A program made the translations under genes and the position numbers. Shown here one piece after another: positions 14,631 through 28,999 of a stretch of DNA of 64,000 bases. This DNA is from Geosiphon pyriformis uo1 (taxonomy: Eukaryota; Fungi; Glomeromycota): contig JAAOMT010000761.1 of assembly GCA_016748015.1 (NCBI GenBank), positions 252,139 through 316,138 on the forward strand, in the 5' to 3' direction. Below the pieces are notes generated by a model. The model worked only from the letters and a program-made list of their open reading frames with translations. It ran no database searches and had not been told where the DNA came from. Within the stretch, counting starts at the first letter, position 1. Each line of letters opens with the position of its first letter.

Positions 14631-14764
14631 AAATAAAATAAAAATAAAATAAAATAAAATAAAATAAAAATAAAATAAAATAAAATAAAATAAAATAAAT
14701 AAATAAGTAAATAAAATAAAATAAAATGAAATAAATAAAATAAAATAAATAAATAAATAAATAA
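14631..14764. repeat. (AAAAT)n/(AAAT)n microsatellite
   Basis: Directly visible. Confidence 0.85.
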
Positions 14765-15629
14765 AGGTTTATTACAATAACCGTAATTCAATTTTAATTA
14801 ATTAAAAAACAAATCATTTGTTTTTCGTAAAAAATTACTTAATCAGGTGGGGGATCATGAAAATGATACACCGAATGGTTTTTATAAATCAATCATTTAA
14901 AAGAAAAAACGCGTTCTAATAGATCTGGTTGATAGTTTATCAATAATATCTTTTATCACGTGAAATTTTTTGAATTTTGAAACTAAATGAAGCTTTGCTT
15001 TAAATATTACGCTACCAAATAATTGATGATAATCTTTTAAGAATACATTTTTCAAAATTAAAGATAGAAAGTTAATTAATTGAAGGAACTATAACAATGA
15101 CAAAACCTATCAATATATAAAAACTATCATTAATTATTGGTAGTATAATATTAAAAATCTTTTTTCTAAAACCCTACCAATAAATTACCCGTTCAATTGG
15201 AAACACTAGAAAAAAAAAATTTTCAATTCAAAAAAATCTTAATCGTTATCTGTCTCAGAAGTAATTAATAAATGTATCCTGTCAAGAATTAAAATCAAAT
15301 TATTAATATTTCATTAAAAAAACTGTTGAAATAGGAGATTTACACAACGTTAAACTTTTCAAAAGAGATTTGAAAGTTGGAAAAAAAAAAAAAAAAAGTA
15401 TCCTTAATCATTTTGAATAAAACAAAATAATTTCTTAAAATTTAAAATTGAAAGAGACCAATGGTACAGCCATTTATTAATAACTCTCATCAGCCTTATC
15501 TTAGAAAATATATATTTACAAAAGTAGAAAGGAAAGGAAGAAATTTCTCAAAACTATTATCTAAAAGTTGTTATTCTAAAAATGTCTTTGTTTGTATTCC
15601 CGATACAATTCCTCTTTCAAAATTTACCA

Positions 15630-16470
15630 CTAGTACCTTGCAGTAATTGACGGGGCCTTTCTAATAAACTTGCTTAATTCAACTTCTCTTAAAACAGCAT
15701 TTACCACATCAGCTTTTGAAATTTTTACCCGTCCAGCAGCTTTATGTTTCTTCAATTTTTCTTTCAATAAATGTCGCTTGATTAAATTTTCATTTTTTGG
15801 ACCTTCACCCACTTTTATTATTGTCCAATCTAAATCCTCGGAATTTTCCACAATTGTTTTATCTCTTATTTGTTTGTCTTTATCTTTATTCGCAAATAAT
15901 CTTGCAAAAAAACTATCGACTGTCGAGGTTTTATGAAATCGAACAACAATCAATCTTTTTACTCCAAGCTTGGACATGCTATCATTGATTAGACGTTGAG
16001 TTAGGGAACATTCTAACCGACTCCATGATTTTCGTGGTGAAAGACAATTTATAACAGCGTCTTGACCTTCGATCACTTTATCGAGGTCGGAAAGAGAAAA
16101 GATGGAACCTAGGCAGACTACTAAATTTGGGTTTCGAAGTTGTTGTTGGGTGAAAGGAAGTTTATGGTCATTTTGAACGAGTATAGTTACTCGGTATGAA
16201 GCATCAAGAGCTTTTCGAACAACGCGACTTCCCAAACGGTTACTTGCTCCGAGCACTAGAAAAATATTATTAATAATAATTAGGATTAATTGTCAAATTT
16301 ACTTCAAGATTCAAAATTTCTCCTTCATGAAAAACAGAAAGAAGCTCACCAAGAATATGTTGACCACGCGTGGAGCCCAGTGAAAATAATTCGTGATTTA
16401 AGGAGGAAATAGGATCGGAAGATTCCAATCCTTGAATCGGTAGTGACGAGCGACTAACGATATTAATCAT
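15630..16470 (-). CDS. NAD(P)-binding Rossmann-fold protein (flavin reductase/BLVRB-like atypical SDR), diverged paralogue, 2 exons (intron ~16256-16349)
   Basis: Spliced RGQHILVLGASNRLG, GQDAVINCL, GVKRLIVV, LDWTII, ISKADV. Confidence 0.85.
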
Positions 16471-16978
16471 GTTGTCGAATGAAAATTATGTTTTTTCAAA
16501 GAAAAATTTTTGAGGTTAAAAATTATAGTTATTTAGAGAGTGAGAAAACCCGAGACTTTGAAATGTCGATTAATTTTTGTTTTTGCGTAAAAAAAATTTT
16601 TTTTGGGTCAAGTTACTGCTCCATATATATATATATATACACACAACGAAAAATTTATGCATATAAATTTTTGCACAGACGAAGTCTGTACGAATAAATC
16701 CCGCATCGATTCTTGGGGAAAAGGGTTAACTTAAAATGTCATTGAGGATTTTTTTGGCCTACAACGCTTGCATCATTTCCAAAAGTATTATTGGTAAAAA
16801 TGAGATTATGTCAAGTTACCATTGTGTTACTGCTTTTGGTAATCAATTTGGTAATATTTATATTTTTTACCATTGATTGGACCCTTTATTCGGAGAATTA
16901 CATTAACTATTTAAAATATATGTACGTAAAAATCGATTCATCCGCTGATATTCAGAATAAGTTTTTATTAATGATATC

Positions 16979-17022
<44 letters not shown>

Positions 17023-19193
17023 CATTATTAATAGAAATATTTTTTAAAAAAAAAGGCCAAAAAGATACTTTGAAAGATATCTAATGAGTAAATCATTAAA
17101 AAAATATCCTTTACAAATTATGTTAAAAATAAATTTTCGTTTCACCAAAAAATATATATATTAAATATTCACCATTCAAGATTCGTAGAATGGGGTTTTC
17201 AATCGGGTGAATTATTATTCACTTCTTTTTCTTAAAATGTATTAACAATATTTATTGTTGATTGTAAATTTAACGAGATTATGCACGTGGTGATATTTCT
17301 AATATTTTTCAAATGCATTTTGTATTTAGATTTTAAAAATATACTCGAATAGGGTAGAATTAGATAAGCATTGAACAGAAAACCCCCACATTTTTTTACT
17401 TGATATAGTAAAAATAATTTTCAATGAGTACATAGTGCATTCAAATTAAGCATTCAAACTTGATCACAAATTTTATAGTGTGTCCCTCAAAATTAATCAT
17501 CATCATCATCATCATAAGATCCAAAGAAAGTTGTGAATTAATTTTGCATACGAAAAAATTTGTAAAAAATTCCATTCAGAATGTATGCATTAAATAATTT
17601 TTTTGAATAAAAATCTTGAGATTATAATGCAAAGATTGAATAAGATATTAAAGTTTAAGTTTATGTAATGAAATAAATTTTGAAATGTAAAGAACGAATC
17701 AATTGACTTTTTCATTTATGTTTAAAACCGTTTTTGAATGCTATGTAACAAAAAAAAATTTATTCTTGTTTCTTAAAACTTAAAAAGATTTTTGATTGAT
17801 TAGATTTTATTGATTTTATTGATTTTATTGATTTTCTTAATTCAAATCTCCATAGAAAAATCAATGGTAGAAAATATATATATATTTTTACTGATAATGT
17901 CTCACAAATTATATTATTCATTTTCTATTTTTTATGAACATGTAATAAAAAATTTTCAAATTCATACTTGTGATTATATATTTTTTATATATATACATTC
18001 GAAATCATTGATCTATTCTTTAAGGGTAATTGATAAGATTACTGTTTTTCCCCGATCAACTCTGTTGTCAATAAGCATATGATGTCATTGAAAATATTTT
18101 GAATGCACTGTAAATATTGTTCAATTATTGATAGCATGCATTTGTAAAAACTATTTTTGGAAGATCGTAAATCAATCGGGCAGGTATGCATAAATGCATG
18201 AAATCTTTGATAGACACAAGAAAGTCTCATATTTAGGTTAATTATTTTCAGTAAAGAACCAATGAAAAAAAAATAAAGTTCAATCAAACGAGAATTAGGG
18301 TAAAAAAAAATTGAGTACATTTTTCATTTTCAAGAATTCGTTAAAAAAAATCCAACACAATTTTTTTTTACCTTTTTTTTTAGTGTAACACTGAATAAGT
18401 ACTCATTTTTCAAAGGAAAACCCGATTGTTGTAATCTTTGATCATGTATTTTCTGCGTTTACTAAAATTTGTATTAATTTAGCACACTTCCATGCTTTGA
18501 TGAGTGTACATGATTCTTATTGATGCTGCTATTTTGAACTAGTTCAAATGAATAATTGAAATTTTTTTACGGTACTCGGGAAAAATTTAAGCGTTTAATT
18601 TTGTAATTCTTAAAAACTTTAAAATTTTTGTGAGTCTGGCAAATGGGTAAAATAAAACCCCTCCACACACACACACACATCCCCCCCTCCCCCCCTAAAA
18701 AATAATCACATAATTATATAGTTTGAACCAATAATTGAAAGTATTAAAATAAATTTTATTCAACTTATAATAGTCTAATAATAAAAAATTATATCAAGTT
18801 TATACCTCACGTTATGTATCGTTTTTCCACTTGAATTTCCTTAATATGATAAAGATTTTTCATGTAAAAGGTGGATCATGCGTAAAGTATTCCTAGTTTT
18901 AATTAAATTATAAATGTCAAGTGAAAAGTATTACTTTTTATGATTATATTATAGCTTTTTACTTAACTGATAGATTTTTTGGTTAGCCGGCTGAATCTAA
19001 AAGGCAATTATTCAAAGAGAATACGAATAATCGGATGTGAGAATAAAATTGATTGAATATGATGATATGATAATAAAGTCAACATTTGAAATAAATATAT
19101 TAAATGAAGCAAAAAGCAAATTAAAAATAGGTTCAGGTAATAGAATTCAAAAAAATTGTAAAACTTGAGCACCGATATTTTAACTGATTTCAA

Positions 19194-19249
<56 letters not shown>

Positions 19250-20529
19250 GTAAGCTGCTTGTCTCGTTTCAACTTTTTCTATTTGAAGATAGAACACAAA
19301 AAGCGTCTAAACAAATTTATCTAACGTCAAGAAAAACTTTAAAAATTTCCTTGGCAACAAATATTTTAATCTCTTTTATTTAAAAGTTATTATTGAAATT
19401 TGTATTATTTAAATCATTGAGATTCAGAAAGATATTATTTTCATTTTATAAAAACTCTCATTCAGTTATAAAAGAGTTTATCGTAAAAAAAAAAAACTTC
19501 TCATAAGGTAGAATGACTTTATAAATTATATTAAGTGTGCTTTGTGGGGGGGATTCAAATTATGATTGCTGCCTTGAAATAATAATTAGTCATGTTCCCA
19601 AATTAATTGGAATGATTTATTAAAGTACTGTTCATTTTAAGTTATATCATAAGACATTATCCAATTTTCACGTTAAACATTTACATTCAAGCCAATTATT
19701 ATAACTTTTTAATTTTAAATAACAAAAGAAAAATATTTTGATTTAAATATCATCTGTATAAAATTTACATTTTTTCAAAGATGGCTAATTATATATTTGA
19801 TGAGTTCGTTCGTTCGTTCGTTAGTATGAACAACTATTTTTCAAAATTTATTCCATTAAAATTTCAATGATGATAAGGTAAGGTTGAAAGTTGTGAAAGC
19901 AAAAATTTATGAAAATGTATGATAACCAATAACAAATATGGTGAGTTTAACTTGGAAAAAAAAAAAAAAACTTTTTTTTACCTCCCAAAATCATTTTGAA
20001 AAAAAGTTTGGATGTTTTGTTTTCAATTTATAAATAGCCAGTAGAATAAATATTAAAGAGATGAGAATTTAAATTATTCGAAAAAATACTTATTACTTGC
20101 TTTTGAAAAAAAAATTCATGCATCACGAATCAAATGCAGGACCAGTTTGCTTCTTCGGCCATCCAACTATAATTTATTTTAAAAAATTTTTAAGGAACCC
20201 TTTGTAAAAAACTTTATGAAAAATATTAACTTTAATTTTAAATCTATATATATATATATATATATAATGAGATAACTGGATGAATTCAGGAATTTCAAGA
20301 AAAATGTCATTTCTAAATTTGAGTCAACTTTTACAACAATTCAATGTTTGGTTAGCAATTTTTCAACAATATTTTTGGCCTAAACAAAAATTATCATGCA
20401 AAATACTTTCGGTTCCAAACGAAATTTGGTTTCCGGTTTTCGAAGAAATTTTTAATAAAGGATCTGATGTTTTAAAATGGTACCTATACAAAAATTATTT
20501 GATCAAAACTATAGAAATAATAATAATAC

Positions 20530-20596
<67 letters not shown>

Positions 20597-23452
20597 CCTA
20601 TTTTAAATGTTAGAGAATCATATTATGGCTATAATGACGGACATAAGAAATATCAAGATTCCTGATAACTTAATAAAATCTTCCATCCCCAGAATTAGGG
20701 GAGGTTTTATTCAAATTTTGCACGTTGATTAGTTAAAAAAGTTTAAGCACAAATTAATCTGATTTATTTTTTGAATATTTAATAAAAGAAATGATATTAA
20801 AATTCAAAGACTGAAATATTTTGGAGGTTATTAAATTATATTTAACTAGTTACTTTTAAAGTTGGAAACAGATTATATTTATTCAAAGATATATATGTCA
20901 TGATAAAATTTTTGTAATCCAAAAGAATTATTGAAAATAATACCAGCAATAATCTATAGTTTGTCTAAAGCTTTTAAGATTATATAAAAATATATTGATA
21001 GTTATTAAACTCTTTCTAAATTAAGCTTATATAGACCAAACTTTAGTTTTAGTTATTTCAACCTTTTCTAGGAATTCAATCATCAAAAATCAATCAATCA
21101 ATCATCAAAAATAAAAAATTGATAATTGTTTACCCATTTCCATGATTGTCATGATTTTTAATAAATCATACTAAAAATGAGCCTGACCTGGTAAATGTAA
21201 TCCATTCAAGGGTTTTTCGGTAAATATTAAAAATTTTTACTTAAATAACTTGATCATTTGATATACACACGATTTTTGATTAATTTTCAATATATTTACC
21301 CATCTTTAAACCTATTAAATTTTGCGCCTAATTTTTAACTCTATACCCCAAATCAATTTTTTCCCGTAATCGCTGATGGTAATTTTGAAAGAAATTTTAA
21401 ATGTAAATTTTTTAAGGATGAGATTGACTTTGTTTAAAATTTGTATTTTTTTTTTTAAAATAAAAAACTCCCATTTTAATTAGGACTGGATTTGTGACCA
21501 AATTATATTTTAGTGTAATTCAATATTTCAATCTTTTTTTAACTTTATCGTCAGATCAGTTTTTTTAACATTCTCTACCTCTGTTCTAAGGAGAACCAGT
21601 ACTCTTTATGGAATTTCATTTCCCTCTATGATTTCAAGATCTTTTAGAATTCTCTTCATCATCACAAATATTATTATATATTCTTGTAATTTACTATTTT
21701 CTACATAAATGAAGACTATATAAAGATATCTCATCTATTTTTTTCCAATAAAGATTTTTTTGAAATGATTTTCGACCATTTAAGTTTATGATCGCGATGC
21801 AACTAAACCACATGGCCATTTCACGGGGTAACAGGTTATACCAAAGAAACGAATGATTTTTTAATTGCCAATAATTAAATGTAACTTAATAACAATATGG
21901 TGATCACACAAACACTGTTGGAGAATTTTTGAAAAAAAAATTTTTTTTTTTTTTTCATGAAATCCAAAAATATATTGAATTCCCTAAAATTGTATTTTAA
22001 TACGAAAACTTTATATTGTGTTTAATATTTTCTGTCTAGTGACTGTTAATATTTGAGACATATTAAAAGGTTAAATTTTTTGAAGCCACTGATTAGATAA
22101 AACCACACCTACAATATTCACTTTTCAATAAAGATATTTTCTACTCTCAAAACAAAATCTTTTGATTGGACTTTTTAATAAAAAAAATTATGACTTCAAA
22201 CCCCAAAATTGAGCTCATTAAATTTTCAATAATGAAAAGCAATATAAAATCTTTAAATTTACATTTCTCGTTTTTATATCACCCTCATCTTTAAAATTAA
22301 CGAGGTCTTCTTTGATTAATTAATTAAGTTTAAAACCAAAAAGCCAAAAGAATTTTTACCCTTAAAATTTATAAAACTCTGAAAACCACGGGACGTCGAA
22401 TAAGATTATTTTGAAAATTGTGTTTTTACGATCCAGAAGAAATGTGACGCAAAAGAATTTTTTTTTTTTTTTTTTTTAATGGTGGTCAAGATAATTCACA
22501 ATAAACAATCAAACTTTAAAATCGGCCAAAAAGGTATAATCAATACGATTTTCATTTTTTTTATTTTTTTTCAAGGAAAGAGAAAAGAAAATCATCAATC
22601 TTTTCAATTTCAAAATCATTTATTTCTAACTCAATTTTTACACGAATTCGGGGAAAGGTGAACGAAGAACAAAGTTTCAAAACGCGGCTGTGGAACAAAA
22701 TCACTGTTACATTGTTACTTTTAAAATCATGAATCTTCAATCGGTGTCAATTCCCCAGTGTAGGAATCTCAATAGTTTATAAATTAATGAATAGTTTATC
22801 CGAAATACTCAAACCAATGAAATGATTTACAACTTGCTTATCAGAACTATAAAGTTATTACACCCGCCTAGCGCAACTGAATACGTGTAACAACCCATAT
22901 CATGGTAATTTTAAAATTATGCAATCATTTTTTGCTTCCCGAACCAATCTAGACGGACCATCTTTTATTTATTTATTTATTTATTTATTTATTCTTTAAT
23001 TTCTTGTTTGACTTAAATAGCTACCAATTGGAATGAAAGAAACATACCAATCTCGCTAACTTTTTTTTTTTCATTATTATTAATGTCTCTGAGCTTTGTA
23101 CTTTTTTTAATATATATATAAAACTTTAATTTTTTTGTTCGGGTTTTCACACACTGGAATTTTTAAGTATTTATCAAGTTTACAATGTTTAAAAAGATCA
23201 GATATTAAATTTCTTGTTATTTAAACATTTAAAAAGGGTGACATTGCACTTGTTTTTTTTTTTTGGATAAAATTTTTTCTTTCATTATTCGAAACTCCTT
23301 TTACCAATACTTTCCGTTTTATTTATCCAAAACCATTTTAGATGTTTTTTAGATTCATTATATTTAATTTTTCATTCAACCCTAACAATCATTTCCCCCT
23401 AACATTTGAACATTTTCTTCAATAATAAAAAAATAAAAAATCTGCTCATTAA

Positions 23453-23785
23453 ATGTCAAAAAAATCACCACGTGTTAAACGCCTCTCCCTGAAATCACGA
23501 CGAGGAACCGTTAAACGTGTTGGTTACCCCAAATTACGACTCGTTAAAGGTGGCTCTCTAATTATGGCGTTTAACAAAGAAATTCACCCAAGTTTTGAGC
23601 TACCAGTTGAACGCTTCCAAAAGAAAACCTCATCAAACACTTTTACCTTTCCAAACAATCCGGATGATTTCTTGCCTAACACTATGAGAGGCAAGCATAT
23701 TTTAGGTAAATAAATTTATACCTTTGTTTTGTTAATGAATGAATGAATGATTGAATGATTGAATGAATGATTGAATGAATGAATG

Positions 23786-23824
<39 letters not shown>

Positions 23825-24483
23825 CTTCTTTTTTCATAGTTCTTGGAGCTACAGGCCGTCTTGGAAGCTTAGTTGTACAACAAGCCTTAGAATCCTCGTA
23901 TCATGTAACAATACTAGTACGAAATGATCGTAACCTTCCATTCACATCAAAGCATTTAAGAAATCCAAACTTAGTAACCTGGGTCGGTTCTCCTCTCTCG
24001 CGGGAAACACTAGATCAAGTAGTTGAGGGTAAAGATGCAGTCATAAACTGTATTGGTCCAAGTATATTTCGTGATCATGACATTTGTTCACGTGTGCAAA
24101 AAGTATTAAACGAAAGTATGTCGGCAAAAGGAGTTCGACGTTTGATTGCTATCACATCACAAGGATGCGGTGATAGTGGCCGTCGCGTAAAACCTATTCA
24201 ACACTTTTTTGGAAGATTATTCGCAGGAAAGATTATGGATGATAAAACGGTACAAGAAGAAATTATAATTAAAAGAGAAGATCTAAATTGGACCATAATA
24301 AGACCTGGAATATTATGTAATGGGAAATTAACACGACGTTATCGAATAAATGAGTATTTAACCTGTATGAAAGTGAATCGAGCTGATGTAGCATATTTTA
24401 TTATGGCAGAACTGAGGACTAGTATGTGGTTAAAAAGAAAACCAACTATTAATGGTTACAAGAGATATATGTTCATGGGATGA
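23453..24483 (+). CDS. NAD(P)-binding Rossmann-fold protein (flavin reductase/BLVRB-like atypical SDR), 2 exons (intron 23706-23839)
   Basis: Spliced RGKHILVLGATGRLG, GKDAVINCIG, GVRRLIAITSQG, LNWTIIRPG, VNRADVA; basic N-terminal extension. The intron contains (GAAT)n/(GATT)n. Confidence 0.9.
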
Positions 24484-25067
24484 TGAAATTCGAAAAATGC
24501 TAAAATTTTAGCACGGCTAAAAATTTTTACTATAGACAATGTAAATAGTACACCTTTTAATGAGAATTTTAAAAATCATACAACCAACTGTCTTTTTACG
24601 AAAGACAATATTAATTCAAGCTTTTAAAACTTGAATCACTTTTATGAAAATATTTTCAAAGTGCCAATTTTCATATTCACTTTGTACCATTCAATTTTTT
24701 GCAATGAATCTAACGAACAGATTTTCCACCTTCTTTTAAAATAATTAATACGACGGATTTAATTCGAATGTTTAACACACTCATGAATAATTTCGTATTG
24801 CAATAGAAATTTGTATAATTTCATTAAAGCTGATTTCCTAAATTGTTTTGATCATATTTTTTCGGAAACTGTTTATATATATTTGATATAATAAAACGTA
24901 TAGGAAACTTTAATTATTGAAATTCTGAACACAGTCTTTAGATAAAGCAATTTTAATAATTATTATATTAAAAATTATTTATCTCCTTTTCAAATGTTGT
25001 CAAAAATGTTTTTTCTAATAAAAATTTAAAATTAATAAATATTTTAAAGGTTTCGTTTGTTGCATCA

Positions 25068-25109
<42 letters not shown>

Positions 25110-25945
25110 GTAATAACACTTTTGGAAAAAAATCATGTAAAATGTTTTTTGAATTTGAAAATGCATAGAAAAAAAAGATTTTTTTTATTATTAATAATTT
25201 TTAATTCAAATTGAAAATATATTTTGTTTTATAAAATTTTAAATTTTATTTTCAACTATTTAAAAATTAAAATTTAAATCAAAAATTTTTAAAAAATAAA
25301 CTATAAGTTAAACCATTAATCTTATTTATAATTTAATAAAAAAATTAAATATTTTAAAAAAATTTATATACAAAATAATTAACATATTTATACAATTATA
25401 TATTAAATAAATTTTTTTTAATAATAATAATAATAATAAATTTTTTCAAAGTTTAAATTGATTTATTAAATATGATTATATTTATTTCTATTTTTATAAA
25501 TTATTTTTTTAATTATTTTTTATTTAAATTTATGGTTTTTATTTAAAAAAAAAATTAATACTTTATTTTATCTTTAAATAAATTTGATTAAACTTATTAT
25601 TAAATTCTATATTAATTTAACAAATTTTAATTTCTTGATTTACAATTTAAATTATTTCTATTTAAAACTTATTTAATATTTATAATGTTTATAATTATTT
25701 TTTGCAATAATTAAAATTAATTTAAATTTTTAAAAAAAATTTGGTAGAATAAACACTAAATTATATGAGGTAAATCTAACATCTTCTTCTTTGACTGGTA
25801 AAAGGAAATATTTCTTAAAATCTTGAAATCTTTTGAGCTCACAAAGTCAAAAAATAAATAAATTTCTGATATGATCAATGAGATTTAATTAAAATCTTTT
25901 GAGCTCTAATTTTTTCTCGCAAAAATTGATTTTAGTTTTTTAAGT

Positions 25946-26051
25946 GATAGAAATAAAGCATGTTAAAGGTTTAAAGTTGATGTCACTCTTTATTAAGAGA
26001 TAGAAATACAGCATGGTAAAAGTTTAAAGTTAATGTCACTCTTTATTAAGA
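25946..26051. repeat. Tandem duplication of a ~53-bp unit (2 copies, few mismatches)
   Basis: GATAGAAATA.AGCATG.TAAA.GTTTAAAGTT.ATGTCACTCTTTATTAAGA occurs twice. Confidence 0.8.
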
Positions 26052-27089
26052 TATGGGTAATTTCATATGTTAAAGTTCATCAACAAATTAGGACATGCTT
26101 GAAATTTATCAAGTTCATTAAATGCGTTAATTTAAATATTTACATGACATGTGAAAACTTTTTACGGATTTAAGAAAATTTGAATAATTCATTTGATAAA
26201 CATAGTGTAAGAATTTCATTTTACAGATTTTTAGATTACTCATCAAGTATTATGTTTAAAAAAATAAAAAACCTATAGCCCCAAAAATAGAATTTTATAC
26301 GTTGAGGTTTATTTTGATTCTGAAACATATAGAAAATTTGGTGATAAAAATCCTAGTTGATCAGGAGAATTTGTGGCTCGAGAGCAATTCAAAATAGCAT
26401 GAAAAGCGAAATTTTCTGCACCCCCTTTAGGTACTGCGCAAAATTTAAATATAAAGTGGCTAAACAAAAAGAATGGGCGTAAAATGCGTGAAACAAAGTG
26501 GCGTCAGTCCGCCACACAATATTCTCATTGTTCTTTGGATATTGACAGAAAATTTGAATTAAAGAAGCGAGGCTTTCTGAAAAGAACCTCCTGTCCCCGT
26601 CCATACTAGAAAGAGACTCGGGTACCTATTCGATATTAGCTGTAAACATATATATAATTCAATAAAGATTTGAGAAGCCTTTTAAAAAATATTAAATATT
26701 GTTTTATAAAAAGCTTAGCTATTCTGAAAAAATTTTTAACGTTTAAGAAAATAAGTTCTTGAAGATGATCTTTTAGCAAGATATACTTCATCATCAACTT
26801 ATCTCCATATTGATGAATGTCACTTCTTATGTCGAATTGTTCCCGGGGCCGTTAATCAATTACCAAACCAACTAATAATGCCTAATAACCAACCACCAGC
26901 AGCCCCATCAGCCCCTATCAACTTTGGTCAAAACCCACCACCAGCCCACATCAACCCTGCTGAAAATATTCTCAATGTTCAGAATATTAATTTTACAGTA
27001 AGAGAAGAATTCACCGAACCAACCTTTGTCTGTTCCTACCGACTTACCACTCTGAATTAATATTTCACTTCCCTGACCTTTTTTAATTA

Positions 27090-27430
27090 TAATCGCCAAC
27101 TTCTATTATCGCTAACTTTTGTTATCGCCAAATTTTATCACCAAATTTTATTATCGCTAAATTTTATTATCGCCAACTTCTATTATCGCCAAATTTTATC
27201 ACCAACTTTTACGCCAATTTTATTATCGCTAAATTTTATTATCGCCAACTTTTATTATCGCCAACTTTCATTATCGTCAACTTTTATTATCGCCAACTTT
27301 TATTATCGCCAACTTTTATGGTCGTCAAATTTTATTGTCAACTTTTATTATCGCCAATTTTTATTATCACCAATTTTTATTATAGCCAAATTTTATCGTC
27401 GCCAACTTTGATTATCTCCAACTTTTATCT
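27090..27430. repeat. Minisatellite, ~16-bp unit consensus CGCCAACTTTTATTAT, roughly 20 degenerate copies
   Basis: Directly visible head-to-tail repeats without spacers. Confidence 0.9.
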
Positions 27431-28257
27431 AATATAAAACTTAAGCTTTTTTTCATTCTTTCGCTAATTTAAATCCTTTTCACGACATAATTCCAGGGTT
27501 AACTACCTTTTTAAAAATTGGGTGTTTGTTTTTTCACCTGCCTATCATCGAACTATCACATTGTTTTTTTTTCATTTTTCAAACCTTCTGATTTTTTTTA
27601 TTTAATTTATTGTTTCTCAGATATTAGATGTATTTAGATACCTACTTTTCTTTTATATGAGGCACTTTGGGAGCTTGATCTTTAAATATCTCGTTCATTT
27701 TCAACTTTGCATCCTTTATTCCTTCACCTTACCCCTCTCTTTCTCCCCCTATTAAATGGTTCAAACTCTTTTAAACCGATAAATAGACCTCGTATTTTTC
27801 ATGTACTTGAAAAGTTTTCTTTTAGGATTAGTAAACATTGATATAAATCTTACATCGCTACGCGTATGGATGAAGTTCATGTTCATTTGTACCTGTTTTC
27901 TGAATTATGTATTGTATGCCAATATTAGTAATATTGGCTATTAAAAGTGTGTAATACCAATAGATATAATCAATTCACCATTTATCTTTTTAATTAGATG
28001 ACAAAGACGAAAATCACGATTTATTAAAATTATTTTTGGAAATTTATTTCTAGTGGAATACGTTGACCATCTCAACACAAATATCAATATTACCCTTCAG
28101 CATCTGGATATTTTATTCAGAAAAAACATAGATAGATGGTGTATAATATAAAAATACAATTTGTCCACATTTTATGTTTTGAAACTTTCCATATATATTT
28201 TACTTTATTCTAATCTTTACATTTTCGGTGGAAAAATGTGACAAAATATTACCAAAA

Positions 28258-28959
28258 CTACCAGCCATTAAGATTACCGTTATTATTTCCATTAAGATTA
28301 CCAATATTTCCGTTTCCATTTGCATTACCGTTAAGACTTGAACCACCGGAATTAGCATTTCCATTGTTATTTCCGTTTCCACTTCCAATATTTCCATTGC
28401 CATTACCATTACCATTACCACCAACGAATGTGGGAACTGGTGCATATAGGGTAGTAGTGATGGTCTTTGTGGTACCAGGGAGCGTAGTAGTTACGGTCTT
28501 TGTGGTACCTACTGAACCAACGGTCACGTAGCTAGTTACAGTTACCGTTCCGAGAGTAGTGGTGACAGTAGTGGTGATGACAGATGGAGTTGGAGTGATA
28601 GTGATAGTTTTGGTTGTGGTAGGTACTGGGGCTGTTGATGTGACTGTGCTTGTGGCTGCTGCTGGAGTAGAGGTAACAGTGACAGTTTTTACTGCGCCTG
28701 GAATGACAGTAGTAGTGGTTGTGGTTGAAGTTGGTGGGACAGAAGTGACGGTTGATTTAACGGTCGAGGCGGGAGCGGTAGTAGTTGATATGATTGGTAC
28801 ATAACCACCGTTAAAGTTTCCATTATTATTACCATTTCCGCTGCCGATATTTCCGTTACCATTACCATTGCCATTATTACTTGCACCACCAAATATATCG
28901 ACGGGGCTTGAAGAGACGAGAAGGATATTGAAAACAAGAGCAAGGATAGCTGAACGCAT
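28258..28959 (-). CDS. Secreted Thr/Val/Pro-rich (mucin-like) protein with Gly-Asn repeat domains at both ends, 233 aa
   Basis: Signal-peptide-like MRSAILALVFNILLVSS; three NGNGNIG(S/N)xNGNNNGN modules; central TTKTVTTTLPG-type repeats; high GC against the background; single exon. Confidence 0.88.
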   Translation of the reverse strand: MRSAILALVFNILLVSSSPVDIFGGASNNGNGNGNGNIGSGNGNNNGNFNGGYVPIISTTTAPASTVKSTVTSVPPTSTTTTTTVIPGAVKTVTVTSTPAAATSTVTSTAPVPTTTKTITITPTPSVITTTVTTTLGTVTVTSYVTVGSVGTTKTVTTTLPGTTKTITTTLYAPVPTFVGGNGNGNGNGNIGSGNGNNNGNANSGGSSLNGNANGNGNIGNLNGNNNGNLNGW

Positions 28960-28963
28960 GTTG

Positions 28964-28999
<36 letters not shown>

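Noticed and set aside
20280-20480. F-box-like fragment KILSVPNEIWFPVFEEIF
   Set aside because: No convincing spliced continuation; at best a gene relic.
11508-20665. ORFs with poly-I, poly-L or poly-S runs (11508, 11813, 19165, 20477)
   Set aside because: Produced by (ATT)n/(CAT)n microsatellites.
27090-27430. Repeat array considered as CRISPR
   Set aside because: Eukaryotic context, no unique spacers, no cas genes; it is a simple minisatellite.
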